A stretch of DNA of 56,267 nucleotides from Candidatus Yanofskybacteria bacterium (lineage in GTDB: Bacteria > Patescibacteriota > Minisyncoccia > 2-02-FULL-40-12 > IGHO2-12-FULL-4). Positions 45,551-54,383 of this stretch are shown here, piece by piece (within the stretch, counting starts at the first letter, position 1; each line of letters opens with the position of its first letter). Where the stretch lies: assembly GCA_016185525.1 (NCBI GenBank), contig JACPNK010000004.1, forward strand, positions 17,712 to 73,978, written 5' to 3'. Made by a program: the position numbers and the translations under genes. The notes under the pieces were generated by a model. That model ran no database searches, was not told the origin of the DNA, and saw nothing but the letters and a program-made list of their open reading frames with translations.

Positions 45551-46498
45551 TTAGTTTTTCAGCAAATATTTTACACGGTTGCGCGCATGCTCTTCCGCTG
45601 TTTTGCTGAATATTGTCCGACCGTCTTCTTTTGCCGTAAGATAGTAGAGATAATCACTGGCTACCGGATTTAAAGCGGCACTTAACGCTTTTAATCCTGG
45701 GTTAGAAATGGGGCCTGAAGGCAGTTCCTTTCTGGTGTAAGTATTGTATTGACTATCTATTTTAATATTCTCAATAAGATTAACTTGTGAAACGTCGCAA
45801 GCTTTTTGATTTAGCCATTTTAGCAAACAGACTCCGTAAGCTACCGTCGCATCAATTTGCAAAAGCATACCCAGTTCCAGCCGCTTATAAATTATCCCCG
45901 CCACCAGCGCCATGTCTTCCGGCTTTCGCACTTCTTTTTCCAGCATTGAAGCGACGACTACCGCCTCATAAAGCTTGGAAACCGAAATCTTGGGCACCAA
46001 TTCTTTGGTTTTGATATTAAAATTGTCGGCCATTTTTTTGATAATTTCTTCCCCATTTTCCTCGTCATCAAACCAATAAGTGTCTGGGAATAGGTAACCT
46101 TCGTTTTTTTGAAAGTCTGAAATCTTTAGACCTTTAAAATTTTTCCCCAATACTGCGACTATTTCTCCCGAGTTCAGCCCTTCAGGAATAGTCACCTTAA
46201 TCCCCTCCGGTTCAGCTCTGCCTTCGGAAAAGATTTCTACAATTTTCGGAATGCTCATAGCTGAAGAAATAAGATAGCGTCCGGCTTTAAAATCCTTTTC
46301 TTTGCCAACCAGCAGAGTGTAACCAATAAAAAGATAACGGTTCCTGACTAAGCCTTGTTCGTCTAAAAGTCTTGCCACTTTTGCCGAACCGTCACCTTTT
46401 TGAACCACAAACTCCAGCGGCTTATCCGCTGACCTATCCAGTGGCAAAAAAACGAGACCAGCCACGGCAAAAAAGACAGACAATAAAATAGTCGGCAA
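45551..46498 (-). CDS. mltG: Endolytic transglycosylase MltG
   Basis: VTIPEG, EGYLFPDTY, ASMLEKE, LQIDATV, SQYNTY, GPISNPG; start codon uncertain. Confidence 0.95.
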   Translation of the reverse strand: MPTILLSVFFAVAGLVFLPLDRSADKPLEFVVQKGDGSAKVARLLDEQGLVRNRYLFIGYTLLVGKEKDFKAGRYLISSAMSIPKIVEIFSEGRAEPEGIKVTIPEGLNSGEIVAVLGKNFKGLKISDFQKNEGYLFPDTYWFDDEENGEEIIKKMADNFNIKTKELVPKISVSKLYEAVVVASMLEKEVRKPEDMALVAGIIYKRLELGMLLQIDATVAYGVCLLKWLNQKACDVSQVNLIENIKIDSQYNTYTRKELPSGPISNPGLKALSAALNPVASDYLYYLTAKEDGRTIFSKTAEEHARNRVKYLLKN

Positions 46499-46562
46499 TA
46501 TTAGACTTTTTAGAAGATGTTTAGAAATTAGAATAATTAGGTCAATTAGAAATTGTAGCCTG

Positions 46563-49157
46563 TTACAACGGCTTCTTGCTGGTTATTTTGCCCGGCGGAA
46601 ATTCCCTCTTGCCTTTTTCCAACGCGGCTATTTTTTCCAGAACCACAGGGTTGTCTTTGTTGGCTTCAAGCTTCAAAATTTCCTGCAATTGTCCAATAGC
46701 TAAATCCATTTCTCCTTTTTCCTCAAGCATCAAGGCTAGATACCATCTGGCGTTGGAGTAGTCTTTAAACAAGCTCACTGCTCGGGCCATTTCAGCCAAA
46801 GCTTTGTCTTTCTGATTATCACGATAGTAAAGCAAGCCCAACTCAAAAGCCAAACCAGGATTGTTCGAATCAAGAAGCTTGGTCAGCTCAAGCTGTTTGA
46901 CCGCTTCTTTCAATCTGGCCTCTCTTTCGTAAACTGTACCCAGATTATAAAGAGCCGTGGCTAGATCACCCTTGAGCTGAATGGCTTTTTTAAAATTATC
47001 TTCGGCATTTTTGTAATCTTTGGTAATTGCTGTTTTTATCTCTTCTTCATTTTTAATTTCCTGACCCCTTGATTTTGCGTCCCGCAAAGCCACGCTGGTG
47101 TTGTCCGCCCGTAAAAGATAAATGTTGCCAATTCTAACATAACCATTTGGGTCTTTGGGTGATTTTTTTAAATACTCTTGATAAGCCGCCAAAGCAGCTT
47201 CGTCGGCACCACCAACAAAACCCACTAAGTTTTCGTAAATTAAGCCGGCATTAAACCAGCTAACCGAATTATTTTTCTGGACCACCGTCATTTGATTAGC
47301 CGCTTGTATAATTGCTCTGGTGTTATCTTCAATCCTCTTTTTAACTTCCTCCGGCTTACCCGTCTTGTCTTTTATATCCAAACCCACCTGCCTTAAAAGC
47401 AAATCTGCCAAGCTGTTCAGGTAAGAAATATTGTTTTTGTCAGCCTTAACGGCTTTGCCAACCAACAAAACCGTGTTATCAAGTTCTGCTCTGTCAGCAC
47501 CACTCATTCTGGCCGCTTGAGCAAAATATATCTCGCCTCTGTACTTTTGCGCCAGCACAAAAGCGCCAACTAAACCGGATACTAAAACTAAAACAAAAGC
47601 CAAAGAAGCAAAGATGGAGGAAAACGAGGCGTCATCCATTTTGACTTTTAACTCCTGCCGATTGGCACTGACCGAAACAGCTACCAAAGCAACCAAAAAC
47701 CAAAATCCGAAAAGCAGAGTCAGATTGAAAGGTAAAAGAAAGAATAGCCCTAAAACCGCCACAAAAGCCGGAGCAACTTCGCTGGCATACCGCCAAACAA
47801 GCCGAAAGACCATGAAAAGTAAAAACATCAAAGCCGCCATAGCTAGCGCCCCTCCTTCAACAAAAAGACTAAAAAACTCTGAAACGCTGTTATTAAACCG
47901 ACTGTTCCAAAACAAAGTATTATTTATAGATTCCGGCTTAAACTGGTCGTAGGCCAGACTATAGTTACCTGGACCAAAACCAAAAAACGGCTTTAATTTT
48001 AAAGAGTCAACAGCAACATCAAAAGAGTTTCTTTGTGAAAGACCAACTTCTATGACCGGCCTTCCTTTTAAAAAAACTCCGGAAAGTCCAAAATCAAGAT
48101 ATTTGCTGCTCAAAGCAAAAACTCCGGACAAAACCAAAATCACTAAAGGCACCACCAATTGAGATGTTTTTATCTTAACCTTTTGACCCTCCATCTTCTG
48201 TAACAAACCCGGAGCCAAAACTACGCCAAATATGCCTACCACCAAAACTACAAACAAGATCCACCAATTTAAGACAATCAGAAAGAAAGCTAAAATTAAA
48301 CCGGCAACCAATTTCAAGCCCTTGCTCCAGCCCTCAGAATTAAAGTAACTGCTTAAAATCAAAACCAAAGCTAAAACTGCAAGCGCGCCAAGATCAACAG
48401 AAGAACCGACTGAATTGAATTGACTGCCGACCACTAAGTCTTTGTAGAAGAACGAGGAGACCCACTTAAAAACCGGCAAACCGAAAAGATTGAGCAAACC
48501 GGCCAAAACTGCCAGCGAAACCGAAGCGACAAAAACATTTATAATTTTCCCGATATCTTTCTTTTCAAAAAAATTCAACACCAAAAAGAAAAATAAAGCC
48601 AGAGAAGCGGTAACCATAAAACTGGAGCTGGAAACAAAACTCCCATATACTTGAGAAGAAAACACGGAAGAAACCAGACTGGCCGCCACCACTGCCAGCA
48701 CTCCCCACTCCAAACTGCTTCTACGCAAAACCAGCCCGCCCTCTTGGACAACTATCACAAGCCAAGCAACCAAACCAATCAAAGACAAACCGAAAATTAA
48801 AATCTGCTTATTAAAGACCAAAACATCTCCCGGCGCAGTAAAAGGCAAAAAGAATAACGGCACCAAAAAAATTAATACCAAAAGCAGGCCACGGACTATT
48901 TTACGAGGCAAAACAAGTTTTTTTTCAAACTCGGTACTGGTTTCCCCATCTCCGACATCCCCGACATCGGATGCCTGCCCCGTACCGTCCGAGCTTTGCT
49001 CGGTCTGGTTCGGGGTCCCGCCATCCGATGTCCAAATATTCTCCCCGTCCGACACCGGCACCACCTTAGGCTCTTCCGAAACCAAAACCGGTTCTTTAAA
49101 GTTTACATACTCATACTTTCCAAAAACTTTCCCTTTTTTTCTAAACGGGTTCCACAT
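46563..49157 (-). CDS. Polytopic membrane protein (O-antigen-ligase-like) with C-terminal TPRs
   Basis: About 13 TM segments, PFFGFGPGNY, and TPR motifs ALYNLG and FELGLLYY. Confidence 0.8.
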   Translation of the reverse strand: MWNPFRKKGKVFGKYEYVNFKEPVLVSEEPKVVPVSDGENIWTSDGGTPNQTEQSSDGTGQASDVGDVGDGETSTEFEKKLVLPRKIVRGLLLVLIFLVPLFFLPFTAPGDVLVFNKQILIFGLSLIGLVAWLVIVVQEGGLVLRRSSLEWGVLAVVAASLVSSVFSSQVYGSFVSSSSFMVTASLALFFFLVLNFFEKKDIGKIINVFVASVSLAVLAGLLNLFGLPVFKWVSSFFYKDLVVGSQFNSVGSSVDLGALAVLALVLILSSYFNSEGWSKGLKLVAGLILAFFLIVLNWWILFVVLVVGIFGVVLAPGLLQKMEGQKVKIKTSQLVVPLVILVLSGVFALSSKYLDFGLSGVFLKGRPVIEVGLSQRNSFDVAVDSLKLKPFFGFGPGNYSLAYDQFKPESINNTLFWNSRFNNSVSEFFSLFVEGGALAMAALMFLLFMVFRLVWRYASEVAPAFVAVLGLFFLLPFNLTLLFGFWFLVALVAVSVSANRQELKVKMDDASFSSIFASLAFVLVLVSGLVGAFVLAQKYRGEIYFAQAARMSGADRAELDNTVLLVGKAVKADKNNISYLNSLADLLLRQVGLDIKDKTGKPEEVKKRIEDNTRAIIQAANQMTVVQKNNSVSWFNAGLIYENLVGFVGGADEAALAAYQEYLKKSPKDPNGYVRIGNIYLLRADNTSVALRDAKSRGQEIKNEEEIKTAITKDYKNAEDNFKKAIQLKGDLATALYNLGTVYEREARLKEAVKQLELTKLLDSNNPGLAFELGLLYYRDNQKDKALAEMARAVSLFKDYSNARWYLALMLEEKGEMDLAIGQLQEILKLEANKDNPVVLEKIAALEKGKREFPPGKITSKKPL
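48963..49032. repeat. Nested palindromic element in frame in the TPR membrane protein
   Basis: GACATCGGATG...CCCCGTACC..CCGAGC-TTT-GCTCGG..GGTTCGGGG...CATCCGATGTC. Confidence 0.75.
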
Positions 49158-49250
49158 AAAATTTTTACAGTTCGGTTTTCGCGTCAGTGTCCCCGACCCT
49201 GAAACTTGTCCGAATCTGAATTAAACTATTTTAAACTATTTTATCCACAT

Positions 49251-49335
49251 TTGACATCTTGGCCGTCTTTGCTATACTTAATTTAGAAATGGCTTCGGCC
49301 CGACTCCGTCGCAAGACGGAGGAAAAAACCCAAAA
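49251..49335 (+). ncRNA. Promoter and candidate small RNA convergent with the PemK-like toxin
   Basis: TTGACA-16-TATACT with extended -10, and hairpin CTCCGTC-GCAA-GACGGAG. Confidence 0.55.
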
Positions 49336-49725
49336 TCAAGGCAACAATGCCTTGATTTTGTTTATAAGGTTATTGAAGTCTTCTACACTTATTTCCCCTA
49401 TTTTACGGCTTAGCCGTCGTGCATCAAGTAATCTGACTTGGGATATTATGGCAACACTCGTAGCCACAGCATCAAACTGAAAGGCAAAATAGTATTTATT
49501 TCGCTTTTTAGTTTTAGATAAAGGAATAACCCAGCAGACCTCATTATTAAATTTGCGAATGACAACGACTGGTCGCTGAAAGTCATCACCAACCCCGTCC
49601 TGCTCAAAACCAACGTTAACACCCAAATAACAAAACCATATTTCACGCTCATGAAAAAATGGTCTTCTTCCAATATCATCAACTTGCTCTTTCTTTTTGT
49701 GCCATTTTTGGAAATCTTTTTTCAT
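49336..49725 (-). CDS. PemK/MazF-like endoribonuclease toxin; no protein antitoxin adjacent
   Basis: EREIWFCYLGVNVGFEQDG...RPVVV..K...IPLS...SQVRLLDARRL. Confidence 0.85.
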   Translation of the reverse strand: MKKDFQKWHKKKEQVDDIGRRPFFHEREIWFCYLGVNVGFEQDGVGDDFQRPVVVIRKFNNEVCWVIPLSKTKKRNKYYFAFQFDAVATSVAIISQVRLLDARRLSRKIGEISVEDFNNLINKIKALLP

Positions 49726-49780
49726 TGAATTAAACTATTTCAAACTATAACTTTTAAAAATAGTAATCAACTTGCCAGCA

Positions 49781-51856
49781 TCATTTAGTCACTCCTGCCC
49801 CGATAAGATAAAGTCGTTTAACTTCGGCGGCAGAGAGGACACGGTTGTAAATGCGGACGTCGTCAATGGTGCCGTCCCAATAAAATCTTTCGGCTCTGCC
49901 ATCTGCGCCAATTGATGTTTCCCGGTCATTGGCGTCATCGCCGTTCCATAAACCATTAAAAGTGCCGGTTGCAGAATTAAGGAACGCTCCGTCTTTATAT
50001 AGACTAAGCGTAGTGCCGTCCCAGACTAACGATAAATACTGCCATTGATTTACACTTACCGTGCCCACAGCCGAATTAACAGAGATCAGGTTCGTCCCGT
50101 CACTAACCGTACCTCTCCATCGGGTTGCGTCCGTGTTCAAAACAGCCAAATAATAAATAACGGTGTCGGCAGAACTAAAAGTACCGCCTCTGGAAAAAAC
50201 ACCGTCCGAAGCATTGCTGCCGTCAGGCCGAACCCACGCACTGATGGTAAAGGCATTCTCTTGAGAGAAATCTAGATCGGTTAGATTATCAAGAACAACT
50301 TCGTCATCGGTGCCGTCAAAACTTAGTCCCTGCCCTACTTTGCCAACGGCTTGGACCGGGCCATTGGTTAAAGTACCGTGGTTATTGTTGCCAGAACTAT
50401 CTTTGGCGCGAGTGCCGGAAATATTAGAACCATCAAGAGTCCAGTAACCGGTAAGACCTCGGGTCAAGCTTTCCACCGGAGTATGGTTCTCTTTTGATCC
50501 TGCCCCGATAAGATAAAGTCGTTTAACTTCGGCGACAGAGAGGACACGGTTGTAAATGCGGACGTCGTCAATGGTGCCGTCAAAAGCAGTAGTTGTCGCG
50601 GTATTATTTCCAATAGCCATATCTGTAGTTCCCGTTGCTGGCGTTCCACTGCTTTGGTCAGCAGTCCCAGTTCGCACTCCATTTAAATAAATATTAGCAA
50701 CTCCAGTTGCATCTCGCGTGGCAAGAACGTGTAACCATGGGCCAATCGTGAAAGCATTGGTAGCTGAAACGGCAATAATTGCACCGTCACTAATAAACGC
50801 TAAACGATTGGAGCTTGCCATCCTAAAGATTGTTTTGCCGTTGTTTACGATAGACCCAGTAGAACCCTCACCTAATGAACTCGGTTTAATCCATGCAGAA
50901 ACTGTAGCTGCAGAACTACCGATAACTTCATTGTTTGGGTCAATCCAATCATCCACCCCGTCAAATTTCAGCGCCTGCCCGATTTTGCCTGCAACTCGAG
51001 TCGGCCCGTTGGTCAAGGTGCCAGTATTGTTATTCCCAGAGCAATCAGGGGCTTTGGTGTAAGAACCGTCAAAGGTCCAACAACCGACCAGACCTTGGGT
51101 CAAGCTTTCCACCGGAGTGCGGTTTTCTTTTGATCCTAAACCAATATTATAGAGCCGTTTAACTTCGGCAGCAGAGAGGGCGCGGTTGTAAATACGGACG
51201 TCGTCTAATATGGCATTGACAAAGCCCAAAGAACCGCCGGCAATTCTTAAATTTCCAGTCGTTGCATTTGCCACATACGCATCTGTGTCAAGTGTGCCAG
51301 CTACAGTATTGGTATAGAAAAAAGTACCAGCCGAGTCCCCCACCAAAACAATGTGTGTCCATTTATTAAGAGTCAAATTGCTACCAGAAGCCCCAGTAGT
51401 ACTGTTAAATAAAAACTCAGGAGTACAGGGCGAGACAAGTTTACACCGAATACGGTATCCAGTTGAAGTATTTTTCTCTAATATGCTCATATTGTTATTT
51501 GCCGGCGCCGCAAGCAAATATATCCAAAATGAAATTGTGATCACGGAAGGATTGAGAGAAGAGTTATGAGAAATAGCAACTTCGTCGTTACTTCCGTCAA
51601 AATTAAGTCCCTGCCCGATTTTTCCTGCAACTCGAGTCGGCCCATTGGTTAAAGTGCCAGTATTGTTATTCCCCGAACAATCGGGAGCCTTGGTGTAAGA
51701 ACCGTCAAAAGTCCAACAGCCGACCAGACCAGAAGACAAACCAACGTAAGACGGGGCGTGAACGATGAAGCCGGCATAGGCCGAAGATGCAAAAATAGAA
51801 AACGCAAAAACTAAAGTGAAAAATAGTAACCAAATTTTAATTTTTTTATTTATCAT
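49781..51856 (-). CDS. Secreted protein with three LamG/concanavalin-A-like domains
   Basis: Signal peptide and three copies of GLVG.WTFD...GKIGQ.L.FDG...DDVRIYNRxLS.AEVKRLY. Confidence 0.93.
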   Translation of the reverse strand: MINKKIKIWLLFFTLVFAFSIFASSAYAGFIVHAPSYVGLSSGLVGCWTFDGSYTKAPDCSGNNNTGTLTNGPTRVAGKIGQGLNFDGSNDEVAISHNSSLNPSVITISFWIYLLAAPANNNMSILEKNTSTGYRIRCKLVSPCTPEFLFNSTTGASGSNLTLNKWTHIVLVGDSAGTFFYTNTVAGTLDTDAYVANATTGNLRIAGGSLGFVNAILDDVRIYNRALSAAEVKRLYNIGLGSKENRTPVESLTQGLVGCWTFDGSYTKAPDCSGNNNTGTLTNGPTRVAGKIGQALKFDGVDDWIDPNNEVIGSSAATVSAWIKPSSLGEGSTGSIVNNGKTIFRMASSNRLAFISDGAIIAVSATNAFTIGPWLHVLATRDATGVANIYLNGVRTGTADQSSGTPATGTTDMAIGNNTATTTAFDGTIDDVRIYNRVLSVAEVKRLYLIGAGSKENHTPVESLTRGLTGYWTLDGSNISGTRAKDSSGNNNHGTLTNGPVQAVGKVGQGLSFDGTDDEVVLDNLTDLDFSQENAFTISAWVRPDGSNASDGVFSRGGTFSSADTVIYYLAVLNTDATRWRGTVSDGTNLISVNSAVGTVSVNQWQYLSLVWDGTTLSLYKDGAFLNSATGTFNGLWNGDDANDRETSIGADGRAERFYWDGTIDDVRIYNRVLSAAEVKRLYLIGAGVTK

Positions 51857-51866
51857 TTTTGAAGAT

Positions 51867-52520
51867 TTACTTAAACCGCCAGGTTTTTAACACTTCCAGG
51901 GCGAACTCTTTTTGATTAGCATTAATCATAACTTGGTAAAGCCAGCCCTTATTTACCATCCACACTTCATATACTTTTTCGGGACTTTGGCCCTGGCTGT
52001 AAAAGGCAAGCGCCTCTACTCCGTCAACGTCAATATATGCCGGGTCTTCTATCACTAAATCCGGAATGTTTCTTTTTATTCTTTCGGGTGTTAACGGTTC
52101 TTTTTCTTCAAATGACATAACAAAAATTTGAAAACTTGCGTCCGAATCCGACCCTTGAACTAAAATTATATCCCCATTTTTTTCAGTCAGCTCGCTTACT
52201 GCAAATTCCTCCGGAAGCTGAAGGGTAAAGTTATATTTGGAGTTGCTGTATAATTGAGGTCGACTCGCACTGACATTTACCTCGTCGGTTTCCGCTCCGG
52301 ATACAGCGTCATTTTCGTAAATATCCGCTGGTTGGGCTGGTTGACTCTCAATCGCGATGTTGTTCAGTCCTTGACCACCCAAAACCCCAGTTAAAGCAGG
52401 ACTCGAGAAAGACTTTCTGCCTAGGAACAGGGCCGTAAACCAGACCGCCAGTAAGGCCGTCAGAAAAATCATGGAAAACATCACAATTTTTGATTTTAGG
52501 CTTTGGTTTTGATTTTTCAT
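51867..52520 (-). CDS. Single-TM extracytoplasmic protein (PsbP-like fold possible)
   Basis: TM segment, YSNSKYNFTLQLP, C-terminal VLKTWRF. Confidence 0.7.
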   Translation of the reverse strand: MKNQNQSLKSKIVMFSMIFLTALLAVWFTALFLGRKSFSSPALTGVLGGQGLNNIAIESQPAQPADIYENDAVSGAETDEVNVSASRPQLYSNSKYNFTLQLPEEFAVSELTEKNGDIILVQGSDSDASFQIFVMSFEEKEPLTPERIKRNIPDLVIEDPAYIDVDGVEALAFYSQGQSPEKVYEVWMVNKGWLYQVMINANQKEFALEVLKTWRFK

Positions 52521-52577
52521 TTGTTCATTGGGGTCCTTGGCAGGGTCATCCTGCCAGTGTTTTGCCAGTGTTGGTAA

Positions 52578-54371
52578 TTATCTAAAAATAACCCCGCCTT
52601 TTATTTTTAGCAGCGGTTCAGAAATGTTTGCTACCTCCTGCCCACCAACAGCATAAAATGTACTAGAGCTTGACTGATTGTTGTACTCGGTCGTAATCCA
52701 GTCGGCAGAACGGGCAGAGCCGGAGATGCGGACTTCATCCATTAGATTCTCAAAAACCTCCCCAGACCCTCCATTCGCTCCCAGGAAGAGTTTTTTTGCC
52801 GAGTTATCAATAGCACCACTTACATCGGTGGTACACCGCTCGACTCCATCTACATACGTTTTCATCGATGAACCGTTGTACACACCGATAATGTAATACC
52901 AAGAACCGGTACTGATATTAACAGTGGATGCACAGTTTCTTCCATTATTCGAACTACTGGTCCAGAATCTTGGAGTAAGCGTCGAAGCATCAACACGCAA
53001 CAAATGAATGCTGTAATCAAAATATGGATTAGTGTGACTGGTGTCTGACTCTGGCTTGGCAATGATTACTTGTTCACTGCCTGAATCTGTAACATTAACC
53101 CATGCAGATAGTGTAACGCTGCCGGTAATTTCAAGTGATGTGGTACTGGCTCTATTTAGCAAATCATTACTCCCATCAAAATTTTGAGCACCGTTCATTA
53201 GGCCGGATGAGGATTGGGTGGGAACATTGGCTGCGGTGCCACCACCACCCTGTAGGTTATTGGCGTTGGTGGTGCTATCAAGATAATCATTCCCAGTACT
53301 GTCCCCGCTTTCCGGTAAGTGCCATACACCTTTGTAATCGGAGTCCCACACTCCGGTTTTATTCTGGTTCGTTGCTCCAGACGATGGTCCGCCATAATAT
53401 ACATAGATTGCTGTATCCGTGATAGCCCCCAGGGTTGGCACTTCTACCCAAGCTAGTAGTTCTCCCGATGAAGAAGCGTATTTTTCTATCTCATGGTCTA
53501 ACTTGGTGGTTCCATTGGACGAGGTAAAAACAAAGTCTCCCCCGCCGCCGCTTACTCCAGCTGAAGCCGATGCCACGTTGCCGCCGAAGGAAGTGTGTCT
53601 GAAGTCGGAGTCAGTTCTTGAAAATAGTACCGGGAAATTGGTGAAGTCAGATGAACCGGAAACCTTGTTATTATCAATCGTTATCTTTTTTCGATACGAC
53701 CAACTACCAGAGTACCAACCAGCAGCCGTATCGGTGCTGATAGTCGTCCCATACACTGGATCCAGCAATCCATAAGCGCCTTTGTCTCCCAAGGTTTCTA
53801 TCCAGAATTCGCCGCTCGTTCCTGGAGCATATTCCAATCTAGCCACAAAATAAGTTACTGAATTAGCGGGAATATTTATTTGCGTACCGGACTTAACTTC
53901 AAAAGTTTCAGGAATGGTCTCTCTCTTTGCAAGAGCTAGATCAAGCTTAGGTACGTTAAATTTTATACTGTTTTTATAAAACGTCAGATACTGCCACTCA
54001 TTCTTATCAAATTGCTGAAGAGTTACCATGTTGTCCTGTTTTTTTTCTTTCAAAAAATAGAAAAGCAGGGCGGCATTCTGACTCAGGTTTGTGGTGTTAG
54101 TCAGACTGATATAGACATTAGACCAAGCATTTCCCCGGTAGTGTTTTTGGTTGGTTTTAATAATAATATTTTCGTCGGCGTTATCATCAGTATAGAGGAA
54201 CTCAATTCGCTGGTTGGCTAATTTAAGCGGAACAATATCTGTTTTGACTTCGGAATTAAGAGCTGGGATGACGGAAGGAGCTATCGCAGGATTGTTGAAT
54301 TTGAGTAAAACTAAAATCACCGGCATTGCTATCAGGACGAGAACTAAGGACTTAGGGTTTAAAAATTTCAT
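52578..54371 (-). CDS. DUF2341 plus LamG domain surface protein
   Basis: WSYRKKITID, NFPVL, DFVFT, LAWVEVP, IYVYYG, DEVRIS..ARSADWI.TEYNNQ. Confidence 0.9.
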   Translation of the reverse strand: MKFLNPKSLVLVLIAMPVILVLLKFNNPAIAPSVIPALNSEVKTDIVPLKLANQRIEFLYTDDNADENIIIKTNQKHYRGNAWSNVYISLTNTTNLSQNAALLFYFLKEKKQDNMVTLQQFDKNEWQYLTFYKNSIKFNVPKLDLALAKRETIPETFEVKSGTQINIPANSVTYFVARLEYAPGTSGEFWIETLGDKGAYGLLDPVYGTTISTDTAAGWYSGSWSYRKKITIDNNKVSGSSDFTNFPVLFSRTDSDFRHTSFGGNVASASAGVSGGGGDFVFTSSNGTTKLDHEIEKYASSSGELLAWVEVPTLGAITDTAIYVYYGGPSSGATNQNKTGVWDSDYKGVWHLPESGDSTGNDYLDSTTNANNLQGGGGTAANVPTQSSSGLMNGAQNFDGSNDLLNRASTTSLEITGSVTLSAWVNVTDSGSEQVIIAKPESDTSHTNPYFDYSIHLLRVDASTLTPRFWTSSSNNGRNCASTVNISTGSWYYIIGVYNGSSMKTYVDGVERCTTDVSGAIDNSAKKLFLGANGGSGEVFENLMDEVRISGSARSADWITTEYNNQSSSSTFYAVGGQEVANISEPLLKIKGGVIFR

Positions 54372-54383
54372 ACTACAAAATAC

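Larger units (their letters stand above)
49217..49748. repeat. 23-bp direct repeats flanking the PemK-like cassette
   Basis: TGAATTAAACTATTTTAAACTAT (49217-49239) and TGAATTAAACTATTTCAAACTAT (49726-49748). Confidence 0.85.
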
